Part shown: positions 34,953 through 48,311 of the stretch, piece by piece | Layout: every line of letters begins with the position of its first letter | Numbering within the stretch: the stretch's first letter is position 1 | Assembly: GCA_964016885.1 (NCBI GenBank) | Contig: OZ024740.1 | Location: 365,552,001-365,616,000, forward strand | Direction of reading: 5' to 3' | DNA length: 64,000 bases | DNA from: Eledone cirrhosa | Taxonomy: Eukaryota | Program-made: the position numbers and the translations under genes | The notes under the pieces: model-generated | Told to the model about the DNA's origin: nothing | What the model saw: the letters and a program-made list of their open reading frames with translations, nothing else | Database searches by the model: none

Positions 34953-35551
34953 CCGAGCTCCTTTCCCAGTTCGAGCCGGTGGGGCTGGATCGAAGGGACG
35001 GCAAAAGGCCAGATGGCATGACCATCTTCCCTTTCCGCAGTGGCAAACCCCTCTCTGGGATGCCACTTGCACTAATACTTTCTGCAGCCGCAACCTGATG
35101 CAGTCTGTGACTAACCCAGGTTCTGCTGCACGTCGGGATGAGGGGGCCAAACTCCTCAAATACCGGTCGCTCTCCGACAGGTTTACGGTCGTACCCCCTG
35201 GAAGTGGAGACTTCTGGTGTCCTCGGCCCCAGGGCTACCTTTTACTCACCACCATAGGCGCTGAGCTGGCCAGCCGCAGGTGTGAGCCCCGCGAGTTGGA
35301 GTGGCTCTTCCAGCGCGTCTCCCTCGCCGTCCTCCGGGTAAACGCCTTCTCCATTCTGTCCGCCGGGGCTGTGGGTGGGCCCCATCGCGTACCGTTGTAG
35401 TTGTTGTAGTTTAACAATGGTAGCCAACCATTAATTTTAGTTTTTATTTAAATAAGAAATAGTTTAAAACAAGAGGTTTGACTCTGTTTTGCTGTGGAAG
35501 TTGTGGATTGTAACTTCTACTTCTTCTTATTATTATTATTATTATTATTAT
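34953..35551 (+). mobile_element. 3' fragment of a CRE-like non-LTR element (RLE domain), frameshifted, (TTA)n tail
   Basis: EPVGLDRRDGKRPDGMTIFPF..GKPL/WDATC..AA...K..KY..VVP.EVETSG..G...FQRVSLAVLR.NA. Confidence 0.78.
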
Positions 35552-35590
35552 TGTCCCCTACATGTCGGCGCTTGGGGTTAATAAATGAAA

Positions 35591-35623
<33 letters not shown>

Positions 35624-35653
35624 CATTATTCCATTATTATTATTCCATTAAAG

Positions 35654-35846
35654 GGCGGTGAATTGGCAGTATCGGTAGAGGGTCGGACGCCATGCTTTCC
35701 AGCATAGTTACGTCCCTTTACGGTCTGAGTTCAAATCTCGTCGAGGTTAACTTTGCCTTTCATCCTTACGGGGTCGATAAAATAAAGTACCAGTAATGTA
35801 TTGGTTAATTGCTGGCCTTGTGCCAAAAGTAGAAACAATTATTATT
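35654..35846 (+). mobile_element. Full-length tRNA-derived SINE
   Basis: A box tggcagtatcgg, B box gagttcaaatc, conserved core, (TTA) tail. Confidence 0.8.
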
Positions 35847-36553
35847 CCATTATTATGAGTCCTCAAACACTCATTTCAATGAGTGTTGTCAGAAGCAACC
35901 GTGTCCAATTGATCCGGCTGGATCCCCAAGCGATACCAGCCAAGCTCACAGATGTTATCCAACAATTTTATTCGAGGTTTATCCCTGGGTCTCCTGGTGA
36001 TTGGTTTTGCCCATAAAATACGTCCTGAGACATTCTAACCACTTGCCCATAGTATCGGAGCTGTGATCTCTCAACTCGGAGAAGTAACGGCTCTACCTGG
36101 AGTGACTCTCTGATCTCCGAGCTACGCACCCTGTTGAGTAACGTAACTCCCTAAAAAACCCTTCGTATTGAAACTTGTAAGATATAAATTTTGTAGCGGT
36201 GTGATTGTATCTAAACAATATATTACTTCCATTCTTTCAATACTTTGCTATACCGAGAGCTCAGAATCAAATTTCAAAAATCTGTATCTTCTTATTACGA
36301 AATGTCAATAATTCTAGTGTTTCACTCTTCTTTTTGTATCGTTAAGTGAATGAAAGACACCATTTCTTTGTGTAAATATATCAAACTATTGCAGACGATT
36401 TTCCTACAAATTTCCGCTAAGTAAACTATGTATGTATGTACGCGTATTGATGGACTCACAGAGGCGCCGTCGTGACATATGGCATGTCTTAGCCACTTTA
36501 AACTTGGTCTGAACACAGTCGATTTCTGATTTCTTCCGGAGAAGGAAAGATGG

Positions 36554-36556
<3 letters not shown>

Positions 36557-36618
<62 letters not shown>
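36557..36618. repeat. (GA)n microsatellite
   Basis: direct reading. Confidence 0.95.
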
Positions 36619-36621
<3 letters not shown>

Positions 36622-37500
36622 AGTGAGAAAAAATCAGCCCCGGTCCTGGACTGGTACCTTTTTATCGATCTCTAAAGGATTAAAAGCAAAGTTGCTTTTA
36701 GTGGAATTTGAACTAAGAGAGCGCAGAGTGCTGAAAAGCCTTCTATGAGACGTTCTAACGATTCTAGTGATTCGCCGACTAACAACTCTACCAATTATAG
36801 TGCACTGCAGATGAAAATTGTGCGTAACTATATTATTAACAAACCTATTATACTGTTATACACATATTTCAATTGATTATAACACACACACACACACACA
36901 TATACATGGTGCTGCCAACTCGTTTTCGAGTACGGCCACCACTTTATATCCATGTAGGAGAACCCCTACCGATGCGCTGAACGAGTGAGACTTTTTAGTC
37001 CAGCCACCGACTTGAAAACTCTGGTACAAACACTACACTTGTGACAATTATTGACACATAGTGCTGGGCCCATGGTACCATGTGATGACAAGTGCAGAGA
37101 GATCTCCAGATATAAAGCAATGCCTGTGCCGTGAAGTTTTTATAGTGAGCAAAGGCACTGCACAAAGCCAGTCCCACTCTCTTAACCAAGATATTTACCA
37201 AAAAGAAGAACAAGTCAACATCATTGGATACCATCAGGGTTGCAGGTGTTATATCAGAGTTTTCCTTCTCCTAGAATTCTGCCTTGACAAAGGCTAAGGG
37301 GTCATCTCTCCCGGTGATTTTGGATGGCCATTGACTCTTAAGAGCTCCTTTGCCCTTTGACAGGTTTTGTTTTTAGTCCTGCAGGATGTCCAAAGTCACC
37401 CTCCTCACCAAGAAACCTTGCCAGTTTAGTCGCCAACGACCCGACCATGGAACAGGTTGTACCGGGATACATATTACCAGTAGCATCAACTGGTAACCTG

Positions 37501-37600
37501 ACATACATACATACATACATACATACATACATACATACATACATACATACATACATACATACATACATACATACATACATACATACATACATACATACAT
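37501..37600. repeat. (ACAT)n microsatellite
   Basis: direct reading. Confidence 0.95.
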
Positions 37601-37974
37601 GATGATGGCTGCCCCCTCGTTATCGAATATGGCCATTGCACGTTATACCATTATTGATAATTATTAATTAATTCTATCGTGCAATGTGGGTGTATATATA
37701 TATGTAAAAGGTAAACAGAAATAACAACACAATCAGTACAGTATATGAAAGGGATATATTAGGTTTACGCTTGATATAGCAGGAAGAGGGTCTTAACGTT
37801 TCGGACGTATCCAGGGAGTGTAACTTGAAGTTACTGTAGGTTCACCTCAGTAGCGAGGTGTAGAGCTAGACAGAGTGTAATATAATAATACGTCATTACA
37901 ACAGCAGAGGTCCGACGAGCTTGTGATTCCAGAGTCGGGCTAGATCGATACAAATCGAACCTTGAACTTTTAGA

Positions 37975-40134
37975 TGTCACCACTTTAGAAGATAAAAAGT
38001 TATCGGTTATAGAAGGTAGGGTCACCAGTTATAGAGGATAGCTAGTCAATGTCCGATGGGAATATCTTCTATTTTTTATATGTTATGACTCCATTGAATT
38101 TACTGGAAGTTATTGGTAGTGTATGCATTGGTATCAGAGTAAAAACAACAGAGCTTATCAACGTAACAAATGTTTTATTGGTGGAATGGTGCGTGCATAA
38201 ATGTTAGTTCATACCTGGAGTTATATGTTAGCAAACAGCAGTAAGAAAAGGATCGGAATGCATGTCCATCCCTAGGCCCTTTGATGGGGGTCCCTAGGAA
38301 GCTGTTATCAGTTCGGAGGCTGCAGTTCAACTGTCCCTTAGCAAGGCAATGCTTTGACTTGACGTCATAACAAGAGAGGCGACTCTCACTACACTATCCC
38401 CCGCCAGATTTTTACGAAGAAAAATCGATACAACGGACGATGCATGCAGTGAGATGGCGAGCAAGTTATACGAAAAACCAGGTATGAAAGTTATCAAAAA
38501 AAATAATGGTTGCAACAAAAGCAAACAGCAAAATATAAGCATGCAAAAATTAATGATAGATATCAAGGTAGCCAACCGCTCTTGGCCAGAGAACGACTGG
38601 ACATCTATCTATCCATCACACAAAGATACAATGTAACCAACTTAAAAGAAGAGGTCAAAGGAGCAAAGAAACGTGCTCGAACATAATTATAAACAAAGTT
38701 CAAATGTTCAAAATAAAGTTCACAGGTATGTAAGCACAAATTGCGGCAGAAGAACAGGGTTGAAAAATGAATTTCCAGAGAGAATGTATGCAGTTATTTT
38801 CTGTTCTGTGTTCAAACGTAAAATTCCCAACCTCCGAAGGCTGGTGGGAAATTTCTCACAGGAAGAGAACTGCAAAAATAAATTCTCTAGTCGGTTCTGC
38901 TGGTTTTAGTTGTTGGTAGACCACGGATGAAGCTGTTGTTGTTGTTGATGTTGATGTTGTTGTCTCGCGGAGTGAGATAGCCCTTTCGAAGTTGTTTCAA
39001 TTCACAGTAAAAAGTTTCCCAGAAAAAATGAGTTGCGCAAAGTGCTAGAAATAACAGCCAAAGTTGATGGTCGATGTTGAGAACGCGTTGACCTGGATGA
39101 GTCAAGAGGCCAGCGACCATCGAAAGAAGCATTCTGAATAAATGCGCAGTTTTCAACAGGCAAATTTACGTGGTAAATTTTTAAACCGGCAAATAGGAGA
39201 ATATAGCTTAAGGCTGGAGAATCCTTGGCAAGAAACATTTTCTATGGCGTGTGTTATCTCAGTGAATCGAGATGTGTGCTCCCACACACGTGCCGAAACA
39301 AGGTTAAAGTCAAGTTGAATAAAAAAAAATATTTCTTTTGCGCGAGAAAATGGCGCGAAAATGATAGTGGAACAGGTCGTTGGCAGCCATTTTGAAAAAT
39401 TTGTGTGAACGGGACAATATGATGAAAAAGAAGGAAAGGCTTTATTCACTGTGTATAAAAAAATATTGCGAGAGTTCAATTTTTTTGTGAAAGTGATGAA
39501 AAAGTAGCGAAAAAGGCTTAGTTGAATGAGTAAGCGAGCTGTGATGTTCATCAAAAATGACATGTTGAATCTTATTTGAGTGTTCGTTGTGAGAAGAACG
39601 AAGGATATATTCAGTGAGTGAAACACATTTAAACGATGTAAGCACGTGAGTTTGGTATTTGTTTGTTTCGGAGAAAAAAAATGACTTCTATTTTTCGTTG
39701 TAGACAGTGTCGGAGAAAAAAATCCATGTGGAATGTTGTTAGAGGAATTTTTTTTTGTGTGTGTTGTCCGAAATAGCGTCACGTAGGTGAGAAAAAGTTT
39801 GTCCAAACGAAAAGTTCAACGTGTGTCTGTGTGTTCGTTTCATCTGCCTGCGCGAATCAACAGTTTAATAAGTCATTCGATGTTACCATTAAAGCGAATG
39901 GCGAAATTAAATAGGCTGCGTTTTCTTGATTTATCGTCGGAGGTCACCACTTTAGAGGAATATGGTCGTCAGTTACAGCAGTATAGAAAGGATCGGAATG
40001 CTTGTCCATCCCTAGGCCTTTTGATGGGAGGTCCCTTGGAAGATGTTATCAGTTCGGAGACTGCAGTCCAACTGTAACTTAGCAAGGTTATGCTTTGACT
40101 TGACGTCATAACAAGGGAGGCGACTCTCACTACA
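37975..40134 (-). mobile_element. Decayed LTR retrotransposon (probably Gypsy-like)
   Basis: LTR-like direct repeats ~38245-38393 and ~39986-40134, starting TGTAGTGAG on minus; PBS TGGTGACCTCCGACG (tRNA-Trp-like) at 39948-39934; polypurine tract GGCGGGGGATAG at 38394-38405. Confidence 0.65.
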
Positions 40135-40213
40135 AATTGATCAATAGCGAAACGCGTGTCACCAATCAATAAACGTAATGAAGGATTAACAACTCGTCCT
40201 TGTATTATTATAT

Positions 40214-40261
<48 letters not shown>

Positions 40262-40753
40262 TTCAAAATTGAATTAGTAGTTTTCTCCGTATTTTTAACT
40301 ATAGAAAATATTCTAACAGGGCATTTAAGCCCCCAGAACTGAAACAAATGGGCCTCAGCACGCACCTCATATTGTCCGGATAAGTATGCTAGCTGATTAC
40401 ACGAGCCTACCCATATTTTCCCGTTCTGGGGGCTTATATGACCTGTTAATAGACTATTTCCTGTAGACAAAAGTACATCGAAAGCTACGAATTCAATTTT
40501 CAAATCTCCCCCCCCCCCCCCTCTCTCTCTCTCTCTTGTTCTCTTGCTCCCCCTCTCTCTCCGCGGGATTGAACTCACGGCGCAGAAAGTCGGAACGAAT
40601 AACGCAAGTCATTCTATTCAATGTTCTAATGATACTACCAATGTATCGCCTTATCTGGGAAACTTAACTGTAGTTTAATAAATACCTAGAAGAAATTTGC
40701 AGATGATTTTCTAAAATTATAGTAAAAATAAATCTGAAAACGCAATGTTAATC

Positions 40754-40915
40754 AATTGTTTCTACTTCAGCAATTATTCCAGTGTATTACTGGTACTTTA
40801 TTTTATCGACCCCGTAAAGATGAAAGGCAAAGTTATCTCGGAAGGATTTGAACTCAGACCGTAAAGGGGCGTAACTCAATGCTGCAAAGCATGGCGTCCG
40901 ATCCTCTAGCGATAC
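40754..40915 (-). mobile_element. tRNA-derived SINE
   Basis: same family core. Confidence 0.7.
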
Positions 40916-41993
40916 ATGATTTATTGTATTGGCAAATAGCCATCAATTTCAGCGAAAATGATATAGTCAATTAATTATACATCGACCACAGTATATTACT
41001 GTTAATTAATGAACCAACGGGCGAGCGTCTACGTGGTCGCACGACATGCTAGAAATAGCAACCAGATCTCCCCCAATTTACACCTTATCGTCTTAAATTC
41101 GAATACGTTGGATAGTATGGTTCCGGGTTCCCCTATACATGGGAAAACGGGATGGTCGTTGGCTGGAATGTTTTTGATCATATATCCGCTCGATCAGAAT
41201 TCATCAGACTAAATAACAACAATTACTACTACCACTACTACTATTACTGTATGTATGTATGAACCCATAACTCTTGATGGAGTTGTTAAGATGGCATTGT
41301 GACATGTAGCGTGGCGTATTTTTGGTACATTAAACTAGCTGGAGCCCTTACTTACTTGCTCTCGGGTCCCAAATAATAGGGGGGGGGGTCGACAATTGTA
41401 TAGTGTACGTTCGTAAATATGGGACTTCTTGTAATGTTCTTTTGTCATGTTTTTAATGTAAAATAAAATTATTTTTAGATTCACCAGCTGCTATATCAAT
41501 ATGAATCACTTACAATAAAATTTCATCGGAGATTAGCAAAATTTAATAAGCGGGTTGGGGGAAGACGATTATTCAAGACCTGAGAGAACTTACTACTACT
41601 ACAGCTACTGCTACTACTACTTATATTAATGTTCTTTTCCTTTGCAGGTTACATGACACCCTAATAACTGCTGTACTGTCTGAGTAAAACCATGCAGTAT
41701 GTCTGGTTGTTGTTTAGCCACAGGTAAGCTTTAATCAAGCAGAACTATGATCAAAATCATTTCAACTGTGAATATCCCGTCTTTTGAGATGCATCTAGGA
41801 CTACATTGTCTAACGTCATTTTCTCCTTTTTAAGACCATAGAATGTAATATTAGGAAGATTTAGCTGTTATTTCTAGCATGTCAACTGACCATGTAAATT
41901 CTCTCTTGGTGGTTCAAATATATCTGGCTTTATTTTTATTGTTGATAAATGTTTATTAATCATCAATTCATTCAACATTAGGTGTTGAGTAGA

Positions 41994-42200
41994 GCGGTGG
42001 AATGGCAGAATTGCTAGAGCGTTGGGAAAAATGCTTTGCAACATTTAGTTACAGCCCTTAACGTTCTGAGTTCAAATCCCACCGATATCAACTTTGCCTT
42101 TCATCCTTGATAAATCAAGTACTAGCCATGTACTGGGTTCGATGTAAGCGATTTCCCCCTCACTTTAAATTGTTGGCTTTATACCTAAATTAGACATCAA
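41994..42200 (+). mobile_element. tRNA-derived SINE, older subfamily
   Basis: tggcagaattg..gagttcaaatccc..gcctttcatcct. Confidence 0.65.
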
Positions 42201-42736
42201 TATTTTGGGGATGAGTAAGATATTGATATGATCGAGTAATTATGGGGAAGGAGTAATCGATGGCCGTTTACTTTAACTAATTCAAACAATTATTGTCTAG
42301 TGTAAATTATCCTGGCAGAATCCTCTCTCTTTAAGCTTTACGGCTGTGAATATTTTGAGCCCAGTTCTGTAAGCAAGCAAAACATTCGGGAATTATACAA
42401 AACTCCCACAGCAGTTTACAACGGTGAACTGTAGTTCCCACCTCGTAGCTACACGTAGGTGAACCTAATTTCAGCATTGTGGTCTGAACCATTGAGAGTT
42501 TACTGTTCGGAACAAGAGCATAGCAATATGTCAGCAATTGGATACAAAACGATTATTATGGAACCTTCAACGAATTTGTTGAAGCTGTCAAAATAGTTGT
42601 GGCTTCTTTTGAATAACAATTCCGTCAATATGAAGCAAGACAAATTAATGTGGAGACTGCCTGGTTAAAACAAACCATATTTCATTCAATTGTGTATTTA
42701 TATCAAAGGTAAAGGCATTGTTTTAACAATTGATTA

Positions 42737-42931
42737 GGGCGGTGGATTGGCAGTATCGGTAGAGGGTCAGACGCCATGCTTTGCAGCAAAGAGTTACGGC
42801 CCTTTATGATCTGAGTTCAAATCCCGCCGAGGTTAACTTTGCCTGTCATCTTTACGGGATCGATAAAATAAAGTACCAGTAATACACTGGGATAATTGCT
42901 GGCCTTGTGCCAAAAGTAGAAACAATTATTT
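42737..42931 (+). mobile_element. tRNA-derived SINE
   Basis: same family as 35654. Confidence 0.8.
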
Positions 42932-43092
42932 TAATAATTGATTAGATTTTAATCGCAAAAGTGGTATTCCAATTTAAATAACGTTTAATCGGCCTGCAGT
43001 GATTGTTAAGTAACAACTGGTCCCGAACAAGCGAGAAAAAGCAGATTGTCCGCGGGATATAACCGAAACACCGCTCTGACCTAGGTGTAGAG

Positions 43093-43466
43093 CAGGGGTT
43101 CCCAACCTTTTTTTATATCATCGCCCATTTTCACATGGAAAAATGTTCCACTACCCACCTGTATAGTAAATATTCAAAAGCATACCAAAAGTGTTTGGTG
43201 AAAGTTTGTAAGTGATTCATTATTCCTATTTAGCCTGTTTTTTTTGTTTTGTTTTTTTAAATATACAGGTTCTTTGCATATCTCCCTCTTCGAATAGTTT
43301 TTGTTTCTTTTTGTAGCATATGTTGAAATACCTTCTTAATACTCAAAATTTATATCGTCCACCTAAATTTGCAATCACCCACCATTTTCTGTTCAGTTGC
43401 TTATCGCCCACCCAACAATTGAAATCGCCCACCAGTGGGCGATTTAACCCAGGTTGGGAAACCCTG
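43093..43466. mobile_element. hAT-type MITE
   Basis: TIRs caggggttcccaacc / ggttgggaaaccctg; 8-bp TSD gtgtagag/gtgtacag; subterminal cgccca repeats. Confidence 0.85.
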
Positions 43467-43695
43467 GTGTACAGTTTGCACCCTCTCCCCTTCCCCCTTT
43501 CTTTCTTCCTTTTCCCTCTTTTTCCTCTTATTTATAGTATTTATAGTATTTTCCAATACTGCTTTCTTTTTCTGTATGTTTGATTAATTTCTTATAATTA
43601 TTAATCTTTATATTAATACATTCCTTCTAATACTTACAGGTACAACTACTGCTGTCTTAAGCCATTATTATTTTCATTATCAATAAATGGAAGAA

Positions 43696-43882
43696 GGTGG
43701 GTTGGCAGTATCGGTAGAGAGTCGGACACCATGCTTTGCAGCATAGAGTTACGGTCCTTTACGGTCTGAGTTCAAATCCCACCGAGGTTAACTTTGCCTT
43801 TCATCCTTACGGGGTCGATAAAATAAAGTACCAGTAATGCACTGGGTAATTGCTGGCCTTGTGCAAAAAGTAGAAAAAATTA
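43696..43882 (+). mobile_element. tRNA-derived SINE
   Basis: same family as 35654. Confidence 0.8.
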
Positions 43883-44447
43883 TCAATAAATAGATAAGTT
43901 CTGAAAAACATAAGCAAAGAAAAAAAAAATGTGAAATTATATTCTTTGTTTTCGTACAATTCTCTGAGATTGGATCTTATTGCGATTCATTGAAGTAAAC
44001 ATGCGCTTTTGTAGAGCCTTAAGCTAGGAGGATATGAATAATTAATTTGAAACATTTTAGCAGGTATTCGCTGCAGCGTTTTTCTGTTGTGCTTAGTAGC
44101 TGAACGTCCACTTCAAGAAATAACTATTTTATGCTGAATTCTGTAGGAAATTGTATTGGCTTCAATTTTCCTGCTAGTCATTCTGAAATATCTGTCGAAT
44201 AAATTTTCACGACTCCGTCTATTTTAACATGATCACAATCTATATAGATGTTTAACTTACTACAATGTATACAAATGTGTTAATCATAGACTACTATAGC
44301 TATATAACTGCTAAGGACCTTCTATATATAAGGCATATCACTATGTCTATATAGTTGCTAGATTTATCATTATGGTTATATAACTGTGCGAAAAGTACAT
44401 TATCATTATTGAACAAAACGATGTTAAACATCCTCTATAAATATTCC

Positions 44448-44665
44448 TAATTTTGGTACAAGACCAGCACATTTGAAGGAAGGGCAAAGTTGTTTAAATT
44501 AACCCCCCATTACTTGACTGGTACTTTATTTTATCGAACTCCCGGAAAGATGAATGACAAAGTTTATCTCGGCAAGATTTGAACTCAGAATGTAAAGAGC
44601 CAAAACAAACGCCGTCATAGTATTTTTTCCGAGGTTCTATCTATCAATTCTGCCAATCCACCACC
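44448..44665 (-). mobile_element. tRNA-derived SINE, older subfamily
   Basis: same core, diverged. Confidence 0.6.
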
Positions 44666-45669
44666 CTAACATAAGATAATATTGAAATTTTGGTAGTAGA
44701 CTATTCTATGCAGTTAACACTTTCCCAGACCTGTCCCTGTTCGACGAGGAGAGCTCCCACCCACTTTGTGAAAATTGGTATAGCTTTCATTATGTAAAAT
44801 TTCCCCATTTTGCCTTTTTTCATGGACCTCCCCGTTTGTGTTTTTAGAGGTTGACAGGACTGCCCTCCCAACCACCTCATCACTCCCTTATTAATAATCT
44901 GTAATGTTTTTAACTGCCATTCGATCTTTCTAATTCAGACAATGAAATGCTAGAAATTTGTCTGGATCAATATGACGTCCCTTCACTTCAGCAATGGCAT
45001 GACACTCATCAGTCACGTGAAACCATTTATTAACACAGATAAACACGATAGAATTACCAAACATCTTCACCAGTAGCAGAAAAAAAAAACAAAAAAAAAA
45101 CAAACAATTACAGCAGTAACAGCAACTACAAAGTAAACCGTTCTTCATTCTGTTATGCTGGCCTCTTGAGCTACATCATCAACAACAACTCATTTAAAGA
45201 GATTGGCTGGAAATAATATCAGAACTCAATAAACTATTCTTAAATTGATATTGTTTGGAGTTTTTATTTATTTATACATCGGTTCATTTTCATTTCACTT
45301 AAATAACTTGATTTATTTCACTTTATTTCTAGAATGTATCAGAATTTTTAACAATATGACGAGACACATTCCTCTTTTCATTTTAAAAGCTTGTCAAATT
45401 AAATCAAACTTAGAAACATAAGTCTCTAACTTCTCCCCTGAAGCACAAATTCATTACAAATGAACACCAAAATGAAATTAGTAAAAAATGTGTAAATGCG
45501 TCTACCTTTATAAGTGTTTCAATCTCTCGTCTCTTTGAGTCGTTCCGGCCGATGATGCGAATCACACCACATGTGTTGGTATGTGTCCATAGCTGACCCA
45601 TAACTTATCCTGGCTCTTTCCACCTTCATATAAATAGTTTGACTCACTTCTGTAAATAGTGAATGCACC

Positions 45670-45870
45670 TTAGAGCGTCGGACAATATGCTTAGTGGCAT
45701 AGAGTTATGGCCCTTTATGTTCTGAGTTCGAATCCCGCCGAGGTTAGCTTTGCCTTTCATCTTTACGGGATCGATAAAATAAGTACCAGTAATGAACTGA
45801 GGGCGATTTAATCGACTTTCCCTTTCCCAAAAAAATGCTGGCCTTGTGCCTAAATCAAAAACCATTATTA
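45670..45870 (+). mobile_element. tRNA-derived SINE
   Basis: gagttcgaatcccgccgagg..gcctttcatc..gtcgataaaataagtaccag-like core. Confidence 0.7.
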
Positions 45871-46298
45871 ACAAGTGGTGTTCCAACATTTGTCATAATT
45901 TGAAGGGAAGAGGAAAGTCGATTAAACCGACTCTGGTGCGTTACTGATACTTTATTTTCTTGACCCTGTAATGATGAAAGACAAAGCTAACCTCAGTGGG
46001 ATTTGTTTGGCTTTATTTTCCATCCTTATAGGGTCTATAAATAATAATTGAGAAAATCAGGTAAAGTACCCCTAGTGATGGAGACAAGAGGATAGAGTCA
46101 TAAAGTGATCTTTCTACTGTAATTACTTTAGTTCCTTACATCCAACTGGAGTATCTAACAACAATCTTTCTCCAGTTACTTCTCTCACCTCTAACTGATA
46201 TAATATATTGCCATCTGGCTGCTAGCTCCTCTCAAACTATTCCTTTTATGTTTCTCTTTTTATTTTAATTCTATAGACAGAGCGGTCTCATATATGAA

Positions 46299-46372
46299 GC
46301 CTTCATAGCTCAGTGGTTTAGAGCACTGGTTTCGTAAACCAGGGGTCGTGAGTCCGAATCTCACTGGGGGCA
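46299..46372 (+). tRNA. tRNA-Thr(CGT), T-loop variant TCCG
   Basis: cloverleaf with CTGGT-TTCGTAA-ACCAG; TTTTT downstream. Confidence 0.7.
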
Positions 46373-46579
46373 GTGTATATGGTATAACTTTTTGAATGTG
46401 GTGTTAATTTTGAAATGATATTGGAAAGAGGAATTTGAGGGCAATATTCCTGTGGACTTTTATATACCTATTTTTTCCAAGTTTCCTAAATATTTTATCG
46501 GGTTCTTTCTGTCAAACCACGAAGTTCTTAGTGATAAACACAGATTCAAATACGAAGATATTCAAACATATTTATAAAT

Positions 46580-46720
46580 ATACGACGGGCTTCTGAAGTT
46601 TCCGTCTAACAAATTCCACTCAATGCATAGATCAATTCAAGGGCATAGGTGCCATGCTGTCAGATTGAAACGAACCCATGACATCGTGGTTGAGAAATGA
46701 ACTCCTTACCACACAGCCAT
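46580..46720 (-). mobile_element. Octopus-type tRNA-derived SINE (second family), present in many array units
   Basis: minus strand tggctgtgtggtaag..caaccac..gggttc..ggcacc..gtggaatttg.tagacggaaact..agaagcccgtcgtat. Confidence 0.7.
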
Positions 46721-46731
46721 ACTATGCATCT

Positions 46732-46854
<123 letters not shown>

Positions 46855-47096
46855 TTCATACATGTGTGTGTGTGTGCGTATGAGTCTCTGTGTGTAAAAA
46901 CACTTGGCATAACAAGCATTCTGAAAGTTAGAAATGTCAAAGGTAGACATCCTAACAGAGAAGTGACCATAACGATAGTCGACCATTATAAATAATAGTT
47001 GAGAAAATCAGGTAAAGTACCCCTAGTGATGGAAACAAGAGGATAGAGTCATCAAGTGATCTTTCTATTGTAATTACTTTAGCTCCTTACATCCAA

Positions 47097-47170
47097 GCCT
47101 TCATAGCTCAGTGATTTAGAGCACTGGTTTCGTAAACCAGGAGTCGTAAGTTCGAATCTCACTGGAGGCA
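47097..47170 (+). tRNA. tRNA-Thr(CGT), probable pseudogene
   Basis: D-loop GG>GA and T-stem mismatch. Confidence 0.6.
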
Positions 47171-47920
47171 GTGTGTCTGGTATAACATTTTTGAACGTGG
47201 TGTTAATTTTGAAATGATATTCGAAAGAGGAATTTGAGGGCAAATATCCTGTGATCTTTTATATAACTATTGAGAAATAGTACGACTCCTGACGGTTAGT
47301 ATTTATAAATATACGACGGGCTTCTGAAGTTTCCGTCTAACCAATTCCACTCACAAAGCATTGGTCAAGCCAAGGGTATAGGTGCAGTGCTGTCAGATTG
47401 AACCAAACCCATGACATCGTGGTTGAGAAATGAACTCCTTGGTTACTTCGCTGACGGAAAATATATTTATAAATATTCGACGGGCTTCTGCAGTTTCCGA
47501 GAAACAAATTCCACTCACACAGCATTGGTCACCCCAAGGACATAGGTACCCTGCTGTTAGATTGAATCAAACCCATGACATCGTGGTTGAGATGCGAACT
47601 CCTTACAACACAACCATAATATGTATCTGATTGTTTGTGTATGTGTGTGGGGGGGGGGGGGGGGTTGTGCGTGTGCATTCGCACATGCACGTTGTGTCTG
47701 TCTGTGTGTAAAAGTCCGTTGCCTTAAGAAACATTCAGAAAGTTAGAAATTTCAAACGTAGACATTAACAGAGAGGTGACCACTATAAATAATAGTAAAC
47801 CACTGTAAATAACAGTTGAGAAAATCAGGTAAAGTACCCCTAGGGATGGAAACAAGAGGATAGAGTCATCAAGTGATCTTTCTACTGTAATTACTTTAAT
47901 TCCTTACATCCAACTGGAGT

Positions 47921-48075
47921 TAGGGCCTTCAAGGAAAATATTGCTTAGTGATACAAGACCCCTTTGAGGCACAAAGTAAGCAAAGATTTTTCTCAAAATG
48001 GATTGCCTGAGGCCTTCTTAGCTCTTGGGTCTCGGAAAAAACGTACTGGCTGGACGCCTTCCCCCATAGACCCTA
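47921..48075. mobile_element. hAT-like MITE inside array unit (also at ~49199, 52158, 55103, 58026, 61385)
   Basis: TAGGG...CCCTA ends, 8-bp TSD actggagt; empty site at ~46145. Confidence 0.8.
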
Positions 48076-48237
48076 ACTGGAGTACCAGACAATCTTTCTT
48101 CTGTTACTTCTCTCACCTCTCACTATTCAGACACTGATATAATATACTGCCATCTGGCTCATATTTTCTCTGAAACAATTTCGTTTATGTTTCTCTTTCT
48201 ATTTTAATTCTATAGACAGAGAGGTCTCATTTATGAA

Positions 48238-48311
48238 GCCTTCATAGCTCACTGGTTTAGAGCACTGATTTCGTAAACCAGGGGTCGTGAGTCTGAATCT
48301 CACTAGGGGCA
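48238..48311 (+). pseudogene. tRNA-Thr(CGT) pseudogene
   Basis: A14-region, anticodon-stem, T-loop and acceptor changes. Confidence 0.7.

Noticed and set aside
34774-35400. 208-aa ORF as a host gene
   Set aside because: Chimeric frame over flanking DNA and a frameshifted CRE-like RLE fragment
35654-35745. tRNA genes at SINE heads
   Set aside because: A/B boxes present but no cloverleaf; followed by SINE core and tail
46049-46187. U3 or U8 snoRNA identity for the conserved block
   Set aside because: No U3 box A/B or U8 5' rRNA-pairing sequence recognisable; kept only as an unnamed candidate
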